This document shows positions 19,985-30,278 of a DNA stretch of 64,000 nt, piece after piece. Numbering within the stretch: the stretch's first letter is position 1; every line of letters begins with the position of its first letter. Source of the stretch: Ignavibacteriota bacterium. GTDB lineage: Bacteria; Bacteroidota; Ignavibacteria; Palsa-1295. Location of the stretch: assembly GCA_963787835.1 (NCBI GenBank), contig CAWBEI010000002.1, positions 1,504,001 through 1,568,000 on the forward strand, given 5' to 3'. The position numbers and the translations under genes were made by a program. The notes beneath the pieces are model-generated. The model did no database searches. It saw only the letters and a program-made list of their open reading frames with translations, and was not told the origin of the DNA.

Positions 19985-20095
19985 AGATCCAAATAACACA
20001 TATCGTGCGGAAAGCCGTGCCGAAATCTTCCAGGAAAATACTCACACTATTTCGATTGAATAATGTATATATACTTAGTTTCAACGAGGATAATC

Positions 20096-21571
20096 TCAGT
20101 ACTCTTTCAGTCGAAGGCTTTTCATATCCAGCGTGTAAGCCGCTCCAGGGTGAACGGCAGAAGAATCGCGGTATTCTGCACTGTCAAGCACAAACATACT
20201 TACATCAGGACGGTGGGTGTGGCGTACAATCCATGGGTCAGCAAACTCAACAACACGCAAACCCTTCATAGCGAAGACGGAGTATTCAAATTCGTGGGTG
20301 ACTGGATTAACGAGATAAAGTACTCCATTCGGGGGAAGCTTAGGAATAATAGGATAAAGCTGATCCATAATGATCTGCGAACGGCTCGATTCTTCTGCCA
20401 TCGCGTTCGTCTTTTGAATATCCCCAGCAACATTAGCTACCAATGCGATCAGGAGCAATATAGCAAATGAAAATCGGATTGATGCGGAGGCTTGCGTCCG
20501 ATAATAGTCGATCGCGAACCCTAATGCGACCATTAGATAGGGGAGGGCATTGTAAAGATAAGATTCCGATACATGATTGAGGAAAAGAGCTGGTATAAGT
20601 GAGAGTAGTCCAAAACATAATACCGTAACGATCAATCGGCGCTTCGGGGATTTCCAGATTCCATAGATCCACGCCACACCGAGCATTGCAGTTCCTCCAA
20701 CCAGAATTGCTATTGCGACTAAGTTCCGATCATAAAACATATGAGCAAGCAATGTGCTCGAAAACGGAAGCACGCTTTGAAACAGAAAGAGTCCGAAGTT
20801 TTTCAGGATATTAAAGCCAAAATGCATTTGATAGGAACCCTCGCCGCCATACGTAGGCATTGCGGCACCCGCCGAGCTGCGCAAAATAGTATAGACAACC
20901 CCAAGCAGAAAGAAGGGAATGATGGCTATTGCCGAGTTCCGGAACTTGCCTATTGCCATTTCTTGCTTCGGCTGCATGATATAAATGAGAACGACAACAG
21001 AAAGGCACAGTCCAGCGCTCGTCTCTTTTGATACAAGCGCCAAAAAAAAGGTCAGAAGGCTGATAGCCAATCGGCTTATTGGAAATTTCTTGCCTTCACG
21101 TACGTACTCCATCCCTCGATAAAGATTCCATATCGTGAGCGCGCCGAACAGAGACCCCATCATCTGCGACACCATATCGTTCGCGATAACGGGATAAACA
21201 CAAGCCTGCGTGACAGCAAAATATAATGCGGCAATAAATGAACTTGCGAAAGAGACTTTCCAATATTGCAATACACGAAAGATCAGAACTCCCATCGATG
21301 CTTGAAGCGATAAATGCACGATCCGGATCGGCAGTGTGTCCGCACCCCACACCATCTGAATGAACGCAAGCACCATAGATTGAAGTGGGCGGTACCAGGT
21401 GTTATCGGGCGCTCGGTGAATAAAATTGCCGAAGAGCATGTCGCTCGGCTTTGGAAAGAACCATTGAAAATCGTCGCCGAAGTAGGGGATTCGGAGCGCG
21501 TGCCAATAGACAACTGTCAGTAGCGCGAGAAGTCCGGTAAAGAGAAAGCTGTTTTGTTTTGATCGAGTCAT
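20096..21571 (-). CDS. Multi-pass membrane protein, GT-C glycosyltransferase-like
   Basis: TM1 followed by GDD, WYRPL, LALVSKE and ESYLY motifs typical of ArnT/PMT/TMTC-like GT-C proteins. Confidence 0.65.
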   Translation of the reverse strand: MTRSKQNSFLFTGLLALLTVVYWHALRIPYFGDDFQWFFPKPSDMLFGNFIHRAPDNTWYRPLQSMVLAFIQMVWGADTLPIRIVHLSLQASMGVLIFRVLQYWKVSFASSFIAALYFAVTQACVYPVIANDMVSQMMGSLFGALTIWNLYRGMEYVREGKKFPISRLAISLLTFFLALVSKETSAGLCLSVVVLIYIMQPKQEMAIGKFRNSAIAIIPFFLLGVVYTILRSSAGAAMPTYGGEGSYQMHFGFNILKNFGLFLFQSVLPFSSTLLAHMFYDRNLVAIAILVGGTAMLGVAWIYGIWKSPKRRLIVTVLCFGLLSLIPALFLNHVSESYLYNALPYLMVALGFAIDYYRTQASASIRFSFAILLLIALVANVAGDIQKTNAMAEESSRSQIIMDQLYPIIPKLPPNGVLYLVNPVTHEFEYSVFAMKGLRVVEFADPWIVRHTHRPDVSMFVLDSAEYRDSSAVHPGAAYTLDMKSLRLKEY

Positions 21572-21687
21572 TCAAACGATGATACACGTCCCACATACGG
21601 GCGGTTCCGTGTGGTGACAAATCACCACAGCTTATCGTTAGGTATCGGGGTGAGTGAGGTTTCCGCTCTGCATTTCAAATCTCCGAA

Positions 21688-23037
21688 ATGAATATTCTCG
21701 ATCTCGACGAACTTGAAGCATTATCTAAGAAGATACTCAGCTATTCGAAATCCGAATGGGCGGAAGTATCGCTCGATAGCGGCCATTCAGCGAATCTGCG
21801 CTTTGCCGCGAATACCGTCACCACCAGTGGTGCCAGCAGCAATACTTCTTATACGATCACTGCTGTCAACGGCAAGCGCGCAGGGTCGGCTTCCTCGAAC
21901 GATATATCCGATGATGGGTTAAGCCGCGCGGTCGCACGGGCGGAGGAAATTGCATCGCTCGCTCCTGAGAACGAGGAGCTTATGCCACCCCTTACCGATA
22001 AACAGACCTACCCCCGTACTTCGTCGTATGATGCCCGATCTACGGATTACGATTGGGCTTCGGAACAGCGAGTGAAGATCGCAGGGGCTGCAATTAAAGA
22101 GGCAGTAGCACACAATTTTCAGACGGCGGGTTTTCTCGAATCAGGTGTTTCTCATAATGCTTATCGGAATTCGAAGGGACTATTTGTAGCTGATCAGCAT
22201 ACTCGAAGTATTTTCTCGCTTACTATGCGGACAAGCGATGGCCGGTCGAGCGGATGGAATAAACGGGCATCGCATTCGATAGCTCAACTCGATTCGCAAA
22301 CGGCAATTCTCCATGCAAGCCAAAAATGCGAGGCATGGAAGGGGCCGAAAGGCATGGATTCCGGTGTCTATAAAGTGATCCTCGAACCCAGTGCGACCGC
22401 CGACCTGCTGCAACAATTTGCCTGGTCGCTCGATGCAAGGGATGCTGAGGAAGGCCGAAGTCCATATTCACGAGCCAATGGCTCGACTGCACTTGGCCAG
22501 AAGATCGTCGATGAAAAGGTCCATATTTACAGTGACCCATCGCATCCTATGGTTCCGTCTGGCATTTATGGCGATAGCGGGCTTGCTCTAAAACCAACAG
22601 ACTGGATCGCAAATGGAACACTTACAAATTTTACGCGCAGCCGGTACTGGGCTAGCAAATCCGGTAAAGATCCCATGCCCGGTCCCTCCAATCTGATCAT
22701 GGATGGTGGAACGATGCTTCCAGAGGATTATCTGACTACCGTAAAAGAAGGACTGCTGGTTACGAGTTTCTGGTATATCCGCGATCTGGACGATCAAACA
22801 TTACTCAAAACAGGACTTACACGGGATGGCCTTTTTTGGGTTGAGGATGGAAAGATACGTTATGGTGTATCCAACTTCCGCTGGAATGAATCGCCGCTGA
22901 CGATGCTCCAAAATGTGATCGATTCTTCTAAATCGGTTGTAACTGCTCCACGCGATGGCTGGGATGGGATGCCCATGTATGTGCCGATGCTTTACGTAAG
23001 CGGATTTAATTTTGCCTCCCAATCAGATGCCGTCTGA
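21688..23037 (+). CDS. TldD/PmbA-family protein
   Basis: LRFAANTVT, GVYKVILEPSA, GQKIVDE, PSNLIMDGG, GLLVTSFWYIR, TGLTRDG, NFRWNESP. Confidence 0.92.
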   Translation: MNILDLDELEALSKKILSYSKSEWAEVSLDSGHSANLRFAANTVTTSGASSNTSYTITAVNGKRAGSASSNDISDDGLSRAVARAEEIASLAPENEELMPPLTDKQTYPRTSSYDARSTDYDWASEQRVKIAGAAIKEAVAHNFQTAGFLESGVSHNAYRNSKGLFVADQHTRSIFSLTMRTSDGRSSGWNKRASHSIAQLDSQTAILHASQKCEAWKGPKGMDSGVYKVILEPSATADLLQQFAWSLDARDAEEGRSPYSRANGSTALGQKIVDEKVHIYSDPSHPMVPSGIYGDSGLALKPTDWIANGTLTNFTRSRYWASKSGKDPMPGPSNLIMDGGTMLPEDYLTTVKEGLLVTSFWYIRDLDDQTLLKTGLTRDGLFWVEDGKIRYGVSNFRWNESPLTMLQNVIDSSKSVVTAPRDGWDGMPMYVPMLYVSGFNFASQSDAV

Positions 23038-23154
23038 GAGCGGCGGCTTATGAAAAAGGGTCGTTGATTCCAGGGTATTTTTATCCCCCTAAACGCAACC
23101 GCGTAATCCGCCGTTAGTATGGGATACCCCACGTCTTCGACGAAATAACCCTCC

Positions 23155-23847
23155 ATGAACTTTCACGCCGCATTCTTTTACTTGCCAAGCATTCTTGCGG
23201 CATTTCATCCACTCGCATCTGTTTCGGGAGCTATCGGTGCATTCCTGGAGCAGGCACTCATGGATTATGGATACATAATCGTTTTTTCTGCGATCATGAT
23301 CGAAAGCATGGGCGTCCCGTTTCCCGGCGAGACGATGCTGCTTATCGCATCCGCGTATGCTGCTTCGACCGGAATCCTAAGTATCTATGGGGTGGTTGCC
23401 TGTGCTGCCGCAGGTGCAATGACGGGAGATAGCCTCGGGTATTGGATCGGTCGTGAGGGTGGGCGAAGGCTTATTCGACGCTATGGAAAATTTGTTGGCC
23501 TCACCGACCAGCGATATGAGCGAGTTCAGGGCTACTTAAAACGTCACGGAGGTAAGGCCGTATTTTTCGGGCGATTCGTCTCAATTGCCCGAACGTGGAT
23601 CGCCGTGTTGGTTGGCGCACACCATTTGAACTATGTGCAATTTCTTCTCTATGATATTTTGGGAGCTATCACATGGGCGACACTCTATGGTTCGCTCGGC
23701 TATGCGTTCGGATCGAATCTTCCATTGCTCGAAAAATGGGTGAGACGAGCAGGGATTACAGTTACGATCATTGCGGCGGCCGCGCTGCTTTATTTTCTCT
23801 ATCTTCGGCGGAAGCGGAGAATGGCGAAGGAGTTGTCGGAACAGTAA
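23155..23847 (+). CDS. DedA-family membrane protein
   Basis: ESMGVPFPGETML, GDSLGYWIGR, HGGKAVFFGRFV. Confidence 0.95.
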   Translation: MNFHAAFFYLPSILAAFHPLASVSGAIGAFLEQALMDYGYIIVFSAIMIESMGVPFPGETMLLIASAYAASTGILSIYGVVACAAAGAMTGDSLGYWIGREGGRRLIRRYGKFVGLTDQRYERVQGYLKRHGGKAVFFGRFVSIARTWIAVLVGAHHLNYVQFLLYDILGAITWATLYGSLGYAFGSNLPLLEKWVRRAGITVTIIAAAALLYFLYLRRKRRMAKELSEQ

Positions 23848-23859
23848 TACTCTGAACGC

Positions 23860-25281
23860 TCAGACGATAAGGCCACGAATATCGTTGAAGACCATAAAGA
23901 TCATAAGCGATAGCAAAATAGCGATCCCAACCTTCTGAAAATTCAATTTGAATTTTTGCGATAGCTCGTGCCCGATCGCAGCTTCAATGAGGATAATGAT
24001 CAAATGCCCTCCATCGAGCGCTGGAATTGGCAAAATGTTAATGAGCGCCAGAGAGATCGATAGCAGCGCCATAAAGTTGATGAACGTTTCTAACCCACCG
24101 GACGCGCTCTTTGAAGCATATTGCGCTATTTTGATCGGTCCGCCAAGCGCATCCTGTGCAGCCATTTTTCCCTGGATGATCTCACTGATAGTTACCACTG
24201 TAAGCCGAGCGTAAGTTTCGAGATTTGTCCATCCCAGCCCAATAGAAGCAGCGAGGCCGTAATGGATATCAAGGGTAGGCCCAATGTAATTAGACCGGTT
24301 GAACACACCGATCTGCCCCTTTGCATCGGGCGTAACGATCACAAGTTTGTGTTCGCCTTTTCGAATAAGATCGATAGTAATAGGTTTCAGGGGATGTGAA
24401 GTAACAGCATCGACAAAAGCACCCTGGTTCGGAATGGCTGCCCCATCGATCGATACAATACTATCTCCGCTCATCAACCCCGCGCGAGCGGCAGGAAGCG
24501 ATGGGATCACGCTATCGAGTGATGGCGGAGTGTATCCAACTGGGTCAAGCCCAAAACGGCGCGGAGCATCTTTGAGGCTTCCCAGATCGGATGCGCGGTA
24601 GAGTGCGGAGTATTGCTTACCATCTCGCTCAAAGGTCATGGAAAAATCGTGGCCAAAATTATCGGTAACAACTTCACTGACTTCAAGCCAGTTGGTAGCT
24701 TTCTTTCCATTAACAGAAATGATCTTGTCGCCGGCCTGAACTCCATCTTCCTCCGAAACGGAACCATGGCTCACGTAACCTACCGTTGTAGTTGCCGGGG
24801 TTTCGGCACCGTAGAAGTAATTTATACACGTGAAGATCGACCACGCAAGGAACACATTCATAATAACACCGGCGGAGATCACGATAGATTTTTGCCACCA
24901 GGGTTTCGCGCGAAATTCCCAGGGCTGCATTACTTCAGGGAGTGCCTCATTCTGGGTTTCATCGATCATCCCTTCGATCTTCGCATATCCTCCGATCGGC
25001 AAAAGGGAAAGCCGGTAATCAGTATTGTTCTCCAGGCCAACTTCCACATCGGGGTCAAGTGCACCAAGAGTGAAGCCATTTACCTTGTTGAATCCAAACA
25101 CACGCCGGCCCATGCCGACGGAAAACACCGGTACGCGCATCCCAAATATCCTGCCGGCGATAAAATGTCCGAACTCGTGAACGGTCACGAGCACAAAGAT
25201 CGTGATAACAAAATAGAGTACGGCACGGAGAATGCTCTCGATGCCTTCCAGACCAAATTGAGCTAAAATATGATGTTCCAA
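23860..25281 (-). CDS. rseP: RIP metalloprotease RseP
   Basis: HEFGH zinc motif, LPIGGYAK, two PDZ domains, GGPIKI, NILPIPALDGG. Confidence 0.97.
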   Translation of the reverse strand: MEHHILAQFGLEGIESILRAVLYFVITIFVLVTVHEFGHFIAGRIFGMRVPVFSVGMGRRVFGFNKVNGFTLGALDPDVEVGLENNTDYRLSLLPIGGYAKIEGMIDETQNEALPEVMQPWEFRAKPWWQKSIVISAGVIMNVFLAWSIFTCINYFYGAETPATTTVGYVSHGSVSEEDGVQAGDKIISVNGKKATNWLEVSEVVTDNFGHDFSMTFERDGKQYSALYRASDLGSLKDAPRRFGLDPVGYTPPSLDSVIPSLPAARAGLMSGDSIVSIDGAAIPNQGAFVDAVTSHPLKPITIDLIRKGEHKLVIVTPDAKGQIGVFNRSNYIGPTLDIHYGLAASIGLGWTNLETYARLTVVTISEIIQGKMAAQDALGGPIKIAQYASKSASGGLETFINFMALLSISLALINILPIPALDGGHLIIILIEAAIGHELSQKFKLNFQKVGIAILLSLMIFMVFNDIRGLIV

Positions 25282-25405
25282 TGAAGAATCCTTCGATTGA
25301 GAGGAGAATGTTGTTGCTTAACCTCTGACAATGTCCATTACCAGCGAGATGGTTCGCGCTTTCATAAAAAATCTATGTTAGGTTGAAAACGGGATAGGAC
25401 TTAGA

Positions 25406-25463
25406 GTGATTCTGAGCGAAGCCATTATGGAGGAAGAAGAGATGAACGGAGTCGAAGGATCTC
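25406..25463. repeat. Half-copy of the 1058-1205 palindromic element
   Basis: GTGATTCTGAGCG...AGAGATGAACGGAGTCGAAGGATCTC aligns with the reverse complement of 1147-1204. Confidence 0.75.
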
Positions 25464-25517
25464 TTGTAATGGCAGGAGATTTTCAACTCTGTAAAACAGG
25501 AGAATTCCAGGACAGCC

Positions 25518-26183
25518 ATGGAAATTCGAGAACTTATCGACATTTGTAATGCCAATGGACTCATCATACCCGATGAAACCGCCGAGAAGCTTGCGCTTTT
25601 TGCAAAACTGCTGCCTGGCTGGAATGCGAAGATAAACCTGATCTCACGCAAAGATGAAGCCCACATCATCGATGCTCACATTCTTCATTCTCTTGTACTT
25701 AGAATGCCTGCAATTTGCGATTATGATCTCTCGAACAAACGAGTGTTCGATCTTGGTACCGGTGGTGGTTTACCCGGAATTCCGCTAAAGATCGTTACTC
25801 CGTCTATGGAGATGGTCCTTATCGATTCGATTCAAAAAAAGATCATGGCCTGCAGCGATATGATCATGGAGCTTGAACTGAAAGGAATAGCGGCTATCTG
25901 CGGACGCGCAGAAGATATTGCGAAGCAGAGGGATTTTTCTCACTCATTCGATGCAGCCGTTTCGCGTGCCGTTGCGCCATTAGACGATCTTGCTACGTGG
26001 AGCAAAGGAATGCTTAAGTCCGGCGGGATTCTTTTTGCGCTCAAAGGAGGCGATCTCGATGAAGAAATAGCACGGACTCGAAGATTGAAATTCGTCAAGC
26101 AAATCGAATCGAAGCCTCTGGAACTTGCCGGGTATGCAGAGTTTGCGAAGCAAGAGAAGAAACTTGTTACCGTTCAGTTATAG
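25518..26183 (+). CDS. rsmG: 16S rRNA m7G527 methyltransferase
   Basis: WNAKINLIS, HILHSL, DLGTGGGLPGIPL, DSIQKK, GRAED, VSRAVA, ALKG. Confidence 0.97.
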   Translation: MEIRELIDICNANGLIIPDETAEKLALFAKLLPGWNAKINLISRKDEAHIIDAHILHSLVLRMPAICDYDLSNKRVFDLGTGGGLPGIPLKIVTPSMEMVLIDSIQKKIMACSDMIMELELKGIAAICGRAEDIAKQRDFSHSFDAAVSRAVAPLDDLATWSKGMLKSGGILFALKGGDLDEEIARTRRLKFVKQIESKPLELAGYAEFAKQEKKLVTVQL

Positions 26184-26236
26184 CTCTAAATTCTCAAAGG
26201 AAACTGCACGAAAACATTCTTGTTCTAAAGCCCGAC

Positions 26237-27250
26237 ATGAGTAAGGCTCCTACGAAAGAATCCACCGACCGCATTAACATCCTGAACATCTGGCTGATGC
26301 TGATCTCAGGTCTCCTTGCATTCGTTTGGCCATTCTATCTTTTTTTGATCGCTTATGCATTCCTTGGACCATTGCATTATTTGACGGAAATATCCTGGCT
26401 GCACGATCGAAGTTTTTACACGAAACGTAAATATGACTATCTGTTTCTCGTCGTACTGACAATCGTCTATGGCAGCGGACTTTTCTTCACGTTCGATAAC
26501 ATGCAGATTGTCGCTAATTCGGTATTGATCGCATTCATTGGTTCACTGGCCCTGACACTGACATCTAATATGATTGCCAGAGTGGCATTCACAGTGCTTG
26601 CTTGCCTGCTTGCCTATTTTGTGCCGATTTCTTACACCAGTCTTATCATTGGCGTCCTGATCTTAACGGTAGTTCATGTTTTTGTTTTTACGGGTTTTTT
26701 CATTGCATTCGGCGCGATGAAGTCCCGGAGCCGAACGGGATATATTTCTCTTGCAGTTTTCATCGCGATTGCGGCTGCGTTACTCCTCATTCGCTATTTG
26801 CCTTCCGGCGGTGTCGCGGATACGTTCGTTGTTGCACAATATGGTAAGCGTTTTGCAGACCCAAATATTTGGTTCATGCAGACCTTCGGTTTTTCCACCA
26901 TGGGAAGGTTTGCTAATGACCCCTTCGAATTTTCTACCGGCGCTATTGCGGTCATGCGTTTCATTGCATTCGCCTATCTGTACCATTACCTTAATTGGTT
27001 CTCGAAAACGAAGATCATCGGGTGGCATGAGGTTCCCAAAGGCCGACTCGTGGCAGTCGGGGTGATCTGGGCCGCAGCGATCGGGCTGTATGCCGCGAAT
27101 TACGATCTGGGCTTCAAGGCCTTATTCTTTTTGAGCGCGTTGCATGTGCTCCTCGAATTCCCGCTCGATTTTCGAACGATTATCGGCATCGGTTCGGAAT
27201 TTAGCAAGCGAATGAAATTTGGGAAATATCGAACCCTATCAACAGGATAG
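26237..27250 (+). CDS. Conserved multi-pass membrane protein with several His motifs
   Basis: About 9 hydrophobic segments; LGPLHYLTEISWLH, VHVFVFTG, YLYHYLNWFSKT, LHVLLEFPL. Confidence 0.7.
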   Translation: MSKAPTKESTDRINILNIWLMLISGLLAFVWPFYLFLIAYAFLGPLHYLTEISWLHDRSFYTKRKYDYLFLVVLTIVYGSGLFFTFDNMQIVANSVLIAFIGSLALTLTSNMIARVAFTVLACLLAYFVPISYTSLIIGVLILTVVHVFVFTGFFIAFGAMKSRSRTGYISLAVFIAIAAALLLIRYLPSGGVADTFVVAQYGKRFADPNIWFMQTFGFSTMGRFANDPFEFSTGAIAVMRFIAFAYLYHYLNWFSKTKIIGWHEVPKGRLVAVGVIWAAAIGLYAANYDLGFKALFFLSALHVLLEFPLDFRTIIGIGSEFSKRMKFGKYRTLSTG

Positions 27251-27315
27251 AGTGATAATGGATGGCCGAATGGTCTGTATTATCATCATTCATCATTCAT
27301 AATTCATCATTGCCC

Positions 27316-29427
27316 ATGAAATCCGTCATTTTTTCTTTCGCTACGCATAACCATCAGCCGGTGGGCAACTTCGAGCATGTATTCGAAGAATCCTATGCGC
27401 GGTCGTACCGGCCTTTTTTTGAATTAGCGGCAAAATATCCCCGCGTTCGTTTCGCAACGCACTTTACGGGAATCCTGCTCGAATGGCTTGAAGAGAAACA
27501 CCCCGACCATGTGGCAAGGCTTGGCAGGATGGTTCAGTCCGGGCAGCTTGAAATGATCTCCGGCGGATATTTCGAACCCATCCTCTCCGTTATTCCACCG
27601 GTCGATCAGCAGGCGCAGATCGCGATGCTTTCGCAAAAGGTCCGGGAGCTGTTTTTCTCGGAGCCACGCGGCATGTGGCTTGCCGAACGAGTATGGGAAC
27701 AGTCATTGGCTTCTGTGTTGCATCGAGCCGGGATTCAATATGTTTTGCTTGACGATTCCCATTTTCTGGCGGCGGGGCTGCGTGAAGAAGATCTGAACGG
27801 TTATTACTTCACGGAGGACGCTGGGGAAACAATTGCGATCTTTCCTATTTCGAAAGAACTTCGATATGCCATCCCGTTTGCACCGGTGGATGAAACGATC
27901 CGTGTGCTGCGCGATGCCGCAAGTGAACGAGGAACTAATATTGTTACATTTGCAGATGACGGAGAGAAATTCGGCGTGTGGCCACAAACCTACGAACACG
28001 TGTATGAGGACGGCTGGCTCGATGAATTCTTTCGCAAACTTTCGGAGCAATCCAATTGGATCACGTTCCTGCCTCCCGGCGAAGTTCTGGACCGGGTCGC
28101 TCCGCGCGGGCGTATCTATTTACCCACGGGAAGTTATGCGGAAATGATGCAATGGTCGCTGCCAACAGCTCAGGCGAATCTCGCCTTCGAGCACTTTCTT
28201 CAGATCCTGGATGAGGATAAACCGAATTGGCAGGAGTATCGAGCTTTTGCTCGGGGCGGATACTGGCGTAACTTTTTTGTGAAATATCCGGAATCCAACC
28301 ATCTCCATAAACATTCGCTTCGCACCAGTGCAAGAATTGAAGCATTTGCAACTACCGGACTCGATCTGTCGGAAGCACGTCGGGAATTGCTTCGTTCCCA
28401 ATGTAACGATCCCTATTGGCACGGCGTGTTCGGAGGGATCTATCTTTCAAATCTGCGCCATGCAAATTATACGGCGCTCATCACGGCCGATGCGATCCTC
28501 GATCGAGCGGAAGGACGTTCCGGAATACGGATGGAAGCTACCGATATGGATTGTGACGGAGCACCAGAGATCATTCTGGAATCTCCAGTATTATCGCTTT
28601 TTGTAAAACCGTCGCTTGGTGGCATGATCGCGGAGATCGACTTCAAGCCACGAGCCTTCAATGCTACGAATATCGTTTCGAGACGCACAGAAGCCTATCA
28701 TTCCAAAATTGCAGAAGCGACTCTCGATAGTGATAAAAGTGAAGCAACTTCTATTCACAACGGACTAAAGGCCAAAGAGTCCGGTCTCGAAAAGTTATTG
28801 GTCTATGACGACTACCGGCGCGGCTGCCTGATCGAGCATTTTCTTGACCCCGATCGCTCGTTCGATCCCCAACAAGGACTTGAGGAGATCGGAAATTTTG
28901 TGACTTCGGCCTTCGAATGGGGTTGGAATGAAGGGGAAGGATGCTTGCAGCTTTCTTGCTCAGGCACCGTTCTTGGAAAACCGGTTCGGTTGGTAAAACA
29001 ATTAGTTGTTTCACCCGACGGTGGTGATTTAAAAGTGACCTATTCCATCACGAACGAATCGGCCGAGCAACTTCGTTTTAGCTTCGCTTCTGAGTGGGCG
29101 TTTCATCTGCTTGCACCGGATGCTCCGGATCGGTATTACGAATCGGATGGCAAAAAGCTTTCGTGGCCGGCAATGAATAGCAATGGACGGCTGCCTAAAG
29201 CCTCGAATATCCGGCTTGTGGACGAATACCTGAAATTAGCCATTGCGATCGATACCGTTGGAAGTGACGAGATCGTTCGTTACCCCATCGAGACCGTTTC
29301 GATGAGCGAGGGTGGTTTTGAGCGAATGTTCCAGGGCTCGATCGTGATGCCGATCTGGAAAGTGGAACTTTCACCAGGTGATACATGGAACGCTACGTTG
29401 ACTGTGAATTTTGAACTGATATCATGA
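27316..29427 (+). CDS. GH57 alpha-amylase / 4-alpha-glucanotransferase
   Basis: HNHQPVGNF, GGYFEPIL, GMWLAERVWE (nucleophile), DDGEKFGVWP (acid/base), QCNDPYWHGVFGGIY. Start moved to ATG 27316, after a heptamer repeat tract. Confidence 0.95.
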   Translation: MKSVIFSFATHNHQPVGNFEHVFEESYARSYRPFFELAAKYPRVRFATHFTGILLEWLEEKHPDHVARLGRMVQSGQLEMISGGYFEPILSVIPPVDQQAQIAMLSQKVRELFFSEPRGMWLAERVWEQSLASVLHRAGIQYVLLDDSHFLAAGLREEDLNGYYFTEDAGETIAIFPISKELRYAIPFAPVDETIRVLRDAASERGTNIVTFADDGEKFGVWPQTYEHVYEDGWLDEFFRKLSEQSNWITFLPPGEVLDRVAPRGRIYLPTGSYAEMMQWSLPTAQANLAFEHFLQILDEDKPNWQEYRAFARGGYWRNFFVKYPESNHLHKHSLRTSARIEAFATTGLDLSEARRELLRSQCNDPYWHGVFGGIYLSNLRHANYTALITADAILDRAEGRSGIRMEATDMDCDGAPEIILESPVLSLFVKPSLGGMIAEIDFKPRAFNATNIVSRRTEAYHSKIAEATLDSDKSEATSIHNGLKAKESGLEKLLVYDDYRRGCLIEHFLDPDRSFDPQQGLEEIGNFVTSAFEWGWNEGEGCLQLSCSGTVLGKPVRLVKQLVVSPDGGDLKVTYSITNESAEQLRFSFASEWAFHLLAPDAPDRYYESDGKKLSWPAMNSNGRLPKASNIRLVDEYLKLAIAIDTVGSDEIVRYPIETVSMSEGGFERMFQGSIVMPIWKVELSPGDTWNATLTVNFELIS

Positions 29428-30248
29428 ATCAAAAGAGAACATCTGCCAGGCAATCGCCGAATGGCCGCTCATCCATGCCGGTCCAGATCACGTTGCCGGT
29501 ACGGCCCCGGCTCTCTGTGATCATTCCGACCAAGAACGAGGAAAAGCTCCTCGAGCGGTGCCTTCAACAGTTCTCGCCGATGATCAAACATCGGTTCGGG
29601 ATCGAAATTATCGTCAGCGATGGCGGTTCCACAGATAACACGATCGGCATTGCCGCAGCGTATGCAGATTTTATTGCAACGCATGACAGTGATCGAGGCC
29701 CGTTGCCACGCAGGCAGACCATTGCCGAAGGCCGAAATCGTGGAGCGGAACTCGCTAACGCAGATCTTCTACTATTTCTGAACGCCGATACGAGCATCGC
29801 TGACATCGAACGGTTTCTGCGCAGAGTAGTCCAACGATTTTCGATCGATGAGTCGCTCGCAGCAATCGCTACCCGAGTTGAAGTAGTTCCAGAAGAGCGC
29901 AAGTGGAGTGATGTGCTTTTTCATGGATATTTCAACCGATATGTCAAGGTCGCAAATGTGATCGGACTTGGAATGGGCCGAGGCGAATGCCAGATCGTTC
30001 GAAGAAATGCGTTCGAAGTATTAAGCGGGTACGATCCACACATGGCCGCCGGTGAAGATTTCGATCTTTACCGCCGCATGCGATCGGTTGGCCGGGTGAA
30101 ATACGATGGGAAGCTTCTTGTGTTCGAATCACCTCGGCGCTACCGGAAATATGGCTATACGCGCGTGTATTTCGATTGGATACGCAATGGGTTTGCGGTT
30201 CTTATCCGCCATCGCTCCGCTCAGGAGATATGGGAAGAAGTGAGATAA
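29424..30248 (+). CDS. Glycosyltransferase family 2
   Basis: SVIIPTKNEE, VSDGGSTDNT, GRNRGA, LFLNADT, GEDFDL. Confidence 0.92.
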   Translation: MNQKRTSARQSPNGRSSMPVQITLPVRPRLSVIIPTKNEEKLLERCLQQFSPMIKHRFGIEIIVSDGGSTDNTIGIAAAYADFIATHDSDRGPLPRRQTIAEGRNRGAELANADLLLFLNADTSIADIERFLRRVVQRFSIDESLAAIATRVEVVPEERKWSDVLFHGYFNRYVKVANVIGLGMGRGECQIVRRNAFEVLSGYDPHMAAGEDFDLYRRMRSVGRVKYDGKLLVFESPRRYRKYGYTRVYFDWIRNGFAVLIRHRSAQEIWEEVR

Positions 30249-30278
30249 TTCAGGATGGCGGAAGAAGGCGATCCACGA

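Noticed and set aside
21688-23037. Solitary TldD/PmbA gene as a sign of a RiPP (microcin) cluster
   Set aside because: No precursor peptide, YcaO or transporter genes adjacent; the partner gene may lie elsewhere.
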